Positions 59,225 through 64,000 of a stretch of 64,000 bases of DNA are shown piece after piece (positions within the stretch are counted from its first letter, which is position 1; each line of letters starts with the position of its first letter). A program made the translations under genes and the position numbers. This DNA comes from Bermanella sp. (lineage in GTDB: Bacteria; Pseudomonadota; Gammaproteobacteria; Pseudomonadales; Oceanobacteraceae). The stretch is from assembly GCA_029938135.1 (NCBI GenBank), contig JAPYOO010000001.1, forward strand, positions 1,638-65,637, read 5' to 3'. Under the pieces are notes generated by a model that made no database searches, was not told the DNA's origin, and worked only from the letters and a program-made list of their open reading frames with translations.

Positions 59225-59284
59225 TGACGACTTGTCATATTTTGACGATGCGTCAAATGTAGTTCAATTGCTTTCCTTGGTCAA
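59225..59284 (-). promoter_or_regulatory. Promoter and tandem TGAC-N5-GTCA operators of the TetR-MMPL cassette
   Basis: -35 TTGACC (59284-59279), 17 nt, -10 TACATT (59261-59256). Operators TTTGACG-ATG-CGTCAAA (59241-59257) and TGAC-GACTT-GTCA (59225-59237). Confidence 0.7.
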
Positions 59285-59294
59285 ATTTTTGATA

Positions 59295-59344
59295 CTTTAC
59301 ATACATACAGCACTGTATATAATTACAAATGTATATAAAAACAG
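59295..59344 (+). promoter_or_regulatory. lexA promoter with three imperfect SOS boxes
   Basis: -35 TTTACA, 16 nt, -10 TATAAT (59318-59323). Boxes CTTTACATACATACAG, CTGTATATAATTACAA and ATGTATATAAAAACAG each have one mismatch to CTG-N10-CAG. Confidence 0.7.
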
Positions 59345-59354
59345 ATAAGCGATT

Positions 59355-59957
59355 ATGATAAAATTAACGGCTCGCCAACAACAAGTTTTAGACCTGATAA
59401 AACAGGCCATTACCGATACCGGCTTCCCCCCTACCCGGGCTGAGATCGCTAAAGAACTAGGCTTTAAAAGCCCTAACGCGGCCGAAGAGCACCTTAAAGC
59501 ACTAGCCCGTAAAGGCGCCATAGAAATGGTCCCTGGCGCTAGCCGTGGGATTCGTATCGTCGAGGAAGATAAAGGACTGCCTTTAATCGGGCGTGTGGCA
59601 GCAGGTGAACCCATACTTGCTCAGGAGCACATTGAGAGACACTTAAACTTACCTAGGGATTTCTTCCACCCTCCGGCTGACTACCTGCTAGAGGTACACG
59701 GAGAAAGCATGAAGGACATCGGCATTATGGATGGCGACTTAATTGCCGTACATAAAACCACTCAAGCTCGAAATGGCCAAGTGATTGTGGCCCGTGTGGG
59801 GGATGAAGTGACTGTAAAACGCCTACAACAGGAACATAATATCGTTAAATTATTGCCTGAAAATAAAGAGTTTGAACCTATTGTTATTAACTTAGAACAC
59901 GAACAGCTGGAAGTTGAAGGGTTATATGTAGGTGTGATTCGTCAAAACATTCACTAA
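59355..59957 (+). CDS. lexA: SOS repressor LexA
   Basis: [36 protein letters not shown] (Ala-Gly cleavage site), GESM (Ser), TVKR (Lys). Confidence 0.98.
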   Translation: MIKLTARQQQVLDLIKQAITDTGFPPTRAEIAKELGFKSPNAAEEHLKALARKGAIEMVPGASRGIRIVEEDKGLPLIGRVAAGEPILAQEHIERHLNLPRDFFHPPADYLLEVHGESMKDIGIMDGDLIAVHKTTQARNGQVIVARVGDEVTVKRLQQEHNIVKLLPENKEFEPIVINLEHEQLEVEGLYVGVIRQNIH

Positions 59958-59971
59958 CCCCCCCCTGAAAA

Positions 59972-60003
59972 CTAAAAAACGCTGCAATAGCAGCGTTTTT
60001 TAG
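59972..60003. terminator. Bidirectional terminator after lexA
   Basis: CTAAAAAACGCTGC-AATA-GCAGCGTTTTTTAG. Confidence 0.85.
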
Positions 60004-60052
60004 CAATTGAGCCTATTTCAATACAGGCTCATAGCAGTGATAAACAAGTAAC

Positions 60053-60301
60053 CTAGTGCAATATAGGGCTTTCTATATCAGCGATAGTTGAAACGTCTTC
60101 TATATGAACACCGCTTAACTCACCTACCTTACGAACACCCGCTTCAATCATGGCACGCGCTATGTCTAAGTGCTGCTGAGGGAAACTAGATTTCGCGTCA
60201 TCAGAAAAGACGATACGCACCAGAGGTTCACCTTCACCATCATTACGCTTAAGTGCTACATCACCGTTTTCTAATTCTACAATTTCAAATACCGCTGCCA
60301 T
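60053..60301 (-). CDS. Conserved hypothetical protein (PA3009-like)
   Basis: FEIVELENG...L.R...EPLV.I.FS.DAK......IARAM..AG. ATG 60301 preferred. Confidence 0.7.
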   Translation of the reverse strand: MAAVFEIVELENGDVALKRNDGEGEPLVRIVFSDDAKSSFPQQHLDIARAMIEAGVRKVGELSGVHIEDVSTIADIESPILH

Positions 60302-60448
60302 AAAAATACTGCTCTCGATGATCTGGTGACATAAACCCATAAAATGCATTGCCACATTCTAGCGAATCAATACGCGCTTTCAGGGTACAAAAAAGGGAGC
60401 GAGTATAGCACTGGCCCCCTATCGACTCCAACGGATATCCGCCTGCTT

Positions 60449-60895
60449 TCAGTACTCTTGGTAATGTTCACGCATACGTTGAACAATATTTTCGAGCTCT
60501 ATCAACCAGTTAGCGAACAAAGTTGAATAATCTGATTGGCTAAAAATTAATCCACTGGCGGTGCCAGAATCGTCTAAACCTTGAAAAATGGCCCTTTCAT
60601 ACTGAGCAATAAGAGAAGCCAGCCAAGATGAAGGCTCATTTAGCAATAAGCTTAACTCCTTAACATCACTGGGTAACGCGTCCCGCGACAGCAATTCAGC
60701 CAGGTCATTAAAGGGCTCTAGACCACACTGCAGCACCACTTCACCGGCAAAGCTTATAGTGGCCGCGTAGATATGAAATAGAGCGCATTCCTCACTATAA
60801 CGCTTGCTTTGCACATCCTGCTGCTCCAGCTCAGCCTTATCTAGACTGAGACGCGCAAAATACAAAGCCTGATTAGTGCGCCTTACATTACTCAT
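60449..60895 (-). CDS. DUF6586 family protein (PA3010-like)
   Basis: RTNQALYFARL.L, SWL..L, C-terminal RE...EY. Confidence 0.7.
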   Translation of the reverse strand: MSNVRRTNQALYFARLSLDKAELEQQDVQSKRYSEECALFHIYAATISFAGEVVLQCGLEPFNDLAELLSRDALPSDVKELSLLLNEPSSWLASLIAQYERAIFQGLDDSGTASGLIFSQSDYSTLFANWLIELENIVQRMREHYQEY

Positions 60896-60898
60896 ATC

Positions 60899-61450
60899 TT
60901 AAAAATTAATACGCAGACCAAGATGGCCGGCTTTCGTAATTTCAAGATCAACATCTTCATCACTGGCTTCTACCAAGCGGTAACCTAAGTACACCAATGC
61001 AGTTGGCAACAAACGATACTCAATGCGTAAACCTACGTCTACAAGGTTATCCGTGGTATGAAACGACAAAACGCTTGGAGCGTAATAAGCGTGACCAGCA
61101 AAGCCAAGACCTGCTAACTCTGCAGGTGCGTAACGTACAAAACCGCCCACAGCCAAAGCACCACTATCACTACGATCATTAAAGTAGCCGTATAACTTAC
61201 CACCAATGCCAATTTTAAACGGGCTGCCTTGATTACGAACATCAACCGCATTCACACCTATAGACAACATATTGCCGTCTTTTTCATGATGTAGGATGCC
61301 GCTAGAAATGTGCAAAGGCGTACCCATACGAGTAGCATCATATTCAAGAGATGCAGTGTCGTCGTTAACACTTAAATCCAAAGAGCCGCCTGCAAAGACA
61401 GAGGCAGAAAGAAAAATAGACAGCGGAGCAAGGATGCGCAGCAATTTCAT
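60899..61450 (-). CDS. yfaZ: YfaZ family outer membrane protein
   Basis: Signal peptide, GALAVGG, YYAPSVLSF, VYLGYR, C-terminal GLRINF. Confidence 0.8.
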   Translation of the reverse strand: MKLLRILAPLSIFLSASVFAGGSLDLSVNDDTASLEYDATRMGTPLHISSGILHHEKDGNMLSIGVNAVDVRNQGSPFKIGIGGKLYGYFNDRSDSGALAVGGFVRYAPAELAGLGFAGHAYYAPSVLSFHTTDNLVDVGLRIEYRLLPTALVYLGYRLVEASDEDVDLEITKAGHLGLRINF

Positions 61451-61536
61451 GAATCACCTTTATTATGATTAAACAATTATTTTTTTCGAGGTTGGCAATG
61501 ATACGCCAAGGAAGGACTGAAGCCTAGAGGGAATAC

Positions 61537-61556
61537 CCCCGCACATGTGTACGGGG
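61537..61556 (-). terminator. Hairpin after htpG
   Basis: CCCCGTAC-ACAT-GTGCGGGG on the minus strand. Weak U-tract. Confidence 0.4.
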
Positions 61557-61567
61557 TTATCAATTGC

Positions 61568-63475
61568 TTAAGCTTCTAGTAAATTGACTAAAAGTTTATT
61601 GATACGATCAACATATCCAGCAGGATCTTCTAATTGGCTACCTTCGGCCAGTTGCGCTTGTTCGTAAACCAACTCAACCATGTCCTCAAAACGCTCTTCA
61701 TCCGTTTGAACATCCATTTTAACGATTAACGGGTGAGCCATATTAATTTCAAGCACACGCTTTGACTCTGGTAAAGCCTGACCAGCCGCTTCCAACATAC
61801 GGCGCATCTGCATACCCATCTCTTCTTTACCCACGACCAGGCAAGCCGCAGAATCAGTAAGGCGTGAAGAGATTCGTACGTCTTCTACTTTGTCTTTAAG
61901 CGCGGCTTTAACACGAGCAATGACGTCAGCATGTTGCTTTTGGGCTTCTTCAACTTCTTTTTCATCCTTCCCATCACCTAGATCAAGCTCACCCTTAGTT
62001 ACATCTTCAAAGGTTTTGCCTTTGAATTCGCTTAGGTGACTAATCATCCACTCATCTACTCGATCTGTGAGCAATAACACCTCAACACCTTTCTTACGGA
62101 AGACTTCTAGGTGAGGACTGCGAGAAGCTGTCAGGTAATTCTCAGCGGTTAGATAATAAATCTTATCTTGTTTTTCATCACAACGTTCAATGTAAGCATC
62201 CAACGCAACAGACTGTTTATCGTCGCCGCTATGAGTTGAAGTGAAGCGGAAAAGCTCAGCTATCTTTTCTTTATTAGCGAAATCATCAGCCGGACCTTCT
62301 TTAAGTACTTGCCCAAAACCTTTCCAAAACTCTTGATACTTATCTTCGTCTTTACGAGATAGCTTCTTCAACATATCCAAAATACGCTTAGTTAAGGCAC
62401 TGCGCATTGAGGTAATACTGGCATTGCTCTGCAGAATTTCACGACTTACGTTTAGAGGTAAATCGTTACTATCCACTACACCCTTAATGAAACGTAAATA
62501 AGGTGGTAAGAACTGCTCAGCATCGTCCATGATAAATACGCGCTGCACATACAGCTTAACGCCACGGCTGCCTTCACGATTCCACAAATCAAACGGAGGA
62601 CGCTTAGGCACATATAGCAAACTAGTGTAATCCAACTTGCCTTCTACTTTGTTATGAGACCAGGTTAGTGCATCTTCATAATCACTAGAAACGTGCTTAT
62701 AGAACTCTTGGTATTCATCTTCTTTTATATCTGTTTTACCACGAGTCCACAGCGCTTTAGCGCTGTTTACCGCTTCCCATTCTGGTGTCTCGGCCGTCTC
62801 TTTTTCTTCACCAGCTTCTGAAGGAGAGATCTCTTTAAGCATCTCGACAGGGACAGAGATGTGATCTGCGTATTTTTTAACTAAGTTACGTAAACGTGAT
62901 CCATTAGCAAATTCGTTTTCTTCACTCTTAATGTGCATCACAATGCGAGTACCACGGGCTGCTTTCTCTACGCCTTCGATGGTAAATTCACCCTCACCTG
63001 CAGACGTCCAGCATACACCCTGGTCATCACTTGAGCCGGCGCGACGCGTCGTTACCTCTACTTTATCTGCGACGATAAAAGAGCTGTAAAAGCCCACACC
63101 AAACTGACCAATTAAGTTAGCGTCCTTTTTATCATCACCAGACATATCTTTAAGGAACTGGGCAGTACCTGATTTAGCAATGGTACCCAAGTTCGCAATC
63201 ACTTCTTCGCGATTCATGCCAATGCCATTATCGGTAATGGTCACTGTGTTAGCGGCTTCATTAAAATCGATGCTGATTTTTAGTTCGCTGTCGCCCTCTA
63301 GCAGGCCGTCTTGATTTAAAGCTTCAAAACGGAGTTTGTCACAGGCATCACTGGCGTTAGAGATAAGCTCGCGTAGGAATATCTCTTTATTGCTGTATAG
63401 CGAGTGGATCATCAAATGAAGCATTTGCTTCACTTCAGTCTGAAAACCCATGGTTTCTTTTTGTGCAGTAGTCAT
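61568..63475 (-). CDS. htpG: Chaperone HtpG (Hsp90)
   Basis: [66 protein letters not shown]. Confidence 0.98.
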   Translation of the reverse strand: MTTAQKETMGFQTEVKQMLHLMIHSLYSNKEIFLRELISNASDACDKLRFEALNQDGLLEGDSELKISIDFNEAANTVTITDNGIGMNREEVIANLGTIAKSGTAQFLKDMSGDDKKDANLIGQFGVGFYSSFIVADKVEVTTRRAGSSDDQGVCWTSAGEGEFTIEGVEKAARGTRIVMHIKSEENEFANGSRLRNLVKKYADHISVPVEMLKEISPSEAGEEKETAETPEWEAVNSAKALWTRGKTDIKEDEYQEFYKHVSSDYEDALTWSHNKVEGKLDYTSLLYVPKRPPFDLWNREGSRGVKLYVQRVFIMDDAEQFLPPYLRFIKGVVDSNDLPLNVSREILQSNASITSMRSALTKRILDMLKKLSRKDEDKYQEFWKGFGQVLKEGPADDFANKEKIAELFRFTSTHSGDDKQSVALDAYIERCDEKQDKIYYLTAENYLTASRSPHLEVFRKKGVEVLLLTDRVDEWMISHLSEFKGKTFEDVTKGELDLGDGKDEKEVEEAQKQHADVIARVKAALKDKVEDVRISSRLTDSAACLVVGKEEMGMQMRRMLEAAGQALPESKRVLEINMAHPLIVKMDVQTDEERFEDMVELVYEQAQLAEGSQLEDPAGYVDRINKLLVNLLEA

Positions 63476-63541
63476 GAAGACTCCTCAACGGATCCGTGCA
63501 AATTGGACACATTCTTTAAGTAATAGAGTGCGATGCAAAGT

Positions 63542-63569
63542 AGATGAGGCTTAAAGAGGGAATTTCAAG
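63542..63569 (-). promoter_or_regulatory. Sigma-32 (RpoH) promoter of htpG
   Basis: -35 CTTGAAA, 13-nt spacer, -10 CCTCATCT (consensus CTTGAAA-N13/14-CCCCATNT). Confidence 0.8.
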
Positions 63570-63607
63570 GGTAAATGGTAAAATTCATTCACCCTTGTGC
63601 AACTAGA

Positions 63608-64000
63608 CTATGGCGCCAGCAGGAAATGTGCGCGTGCGATGGCCACAGACTCTTCTCTGCGAGTTTGCCAAGCATTAATGACGACATTGGCCACACGACT
63701 GCCTTGACGGACCACCTGACACTCTGCAAAGGTATCTCGGCCGCCCTTCGCCGCACGCAAATAATCAAGAGAAAAATCGACTATCTTTGGCATAGCCGGG
63801 GTATCCATCATCATGACCAAATGAATGACAGCAGCCATTTCCATAAATCCACCCACCACACCGCCATGGACCGCTGGCAGTATAGGGTTGCCTATATTAT
63901 CGGGGTTATCTGGCAATTTAAAAATCACGTCCTGGCCAAAACGATCAAAATCAAGGCCAATTAACTTTGCATAAGGTATGAGGTCCACCACTGGACGGTA
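63608..64000 (-). CDS. PaaI family thioesterase (probably 5'-truncated by window end)
   Basis: IPYAKLIG, NIGNP.LPA.HGGV.GGFME, DFSLDYLR. Frame open to base 64000 (YRPVVDLIP...). Confidence 0.85.
   Translation of the reverse strand, partial: YRPVVDLIPYAKLIGLDFDRFGQDVIFKLPDNPDNIGNPILPAVHGGVVGGFMEMAAVIHLVMMMDTPAMPKIVDFSLDYLRAAKGGRDTFAECQVVRQGSRVANVVINAWQTRREESVAIARAHFLLAP

Noticed and set aside
59297-59614. 105-aa minus-strand ORF over lexA
   Set aside because: It is antisense to lexA and runs through the lexA promoter. Conserved lexA codons explain it.
1808-63964. Many short track ORFs nested in or antisense to recognised genes (e.g. 2168-2578, 17562-17981, 41187-41591, 47593-48039, 63575-63964)
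   Set aside because: They overlap well-supported genes, have no recognisable family and have no independent RBS evidence.
1-64000. CRISPR arrays, tRNA/rRNA, IS elements, integrases, prophage genes, riboswitches
   Set aside because: I saw no regularly spaced repeats, cloverleaf/rRNA sequences, or transposase, integrase or phage ORFs. The by-eye scan could miss divergent small RNAs.

Overview
Chromosomal backbone of a marine gammaproteobacterium. An Oceanospirillales lineage (Bermanella/Oleispira/Thalassolituus-like) is inferred from gene content and AT-rich composition. The scaffold follows the gene order I recall for the Pseudomonas PA2984-PA3010 region (comEC, DUF2062, lolD/E, sthA, nqrM, apbE, nqrA-F, gap, mfd, csiV, MTI phosphorylase, nagZ, psrA, lexA, DUF6586) and ends with yfaZ, htpG and a thioesterase. 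Several blocks interrupt it. The most interesting are: (1) a 1620-aa single-chain acyl-CoA carboxylase with domain order CT-alpha / long linker / CT-beta / biotin carboxylase / BCCP; (2) a coupled operon of yaaA, a zinc-peptidase/beta-propeller/Omp85 fusion, the YajG lipoprotein and DUF599; (3) a stand-alone ADP-ribosyltransferase-fold protein; (4) a TetR-MMPL-LolA-like-outer-membrane-barrel cassette between psrA and lexA; (5) a Tus-like protein; (6) fabY facing a GlxA/AraC regulator across repeated operator-like motifs. Operators, promoters, terminators and one decayed substrate-binding-protein pseudogene can be read directly. I saw no rRNA, tRNA, CRISPR array, IS, integrase or prophage gene. 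All family calls are by eye from motifs and synteny; no searches were run.
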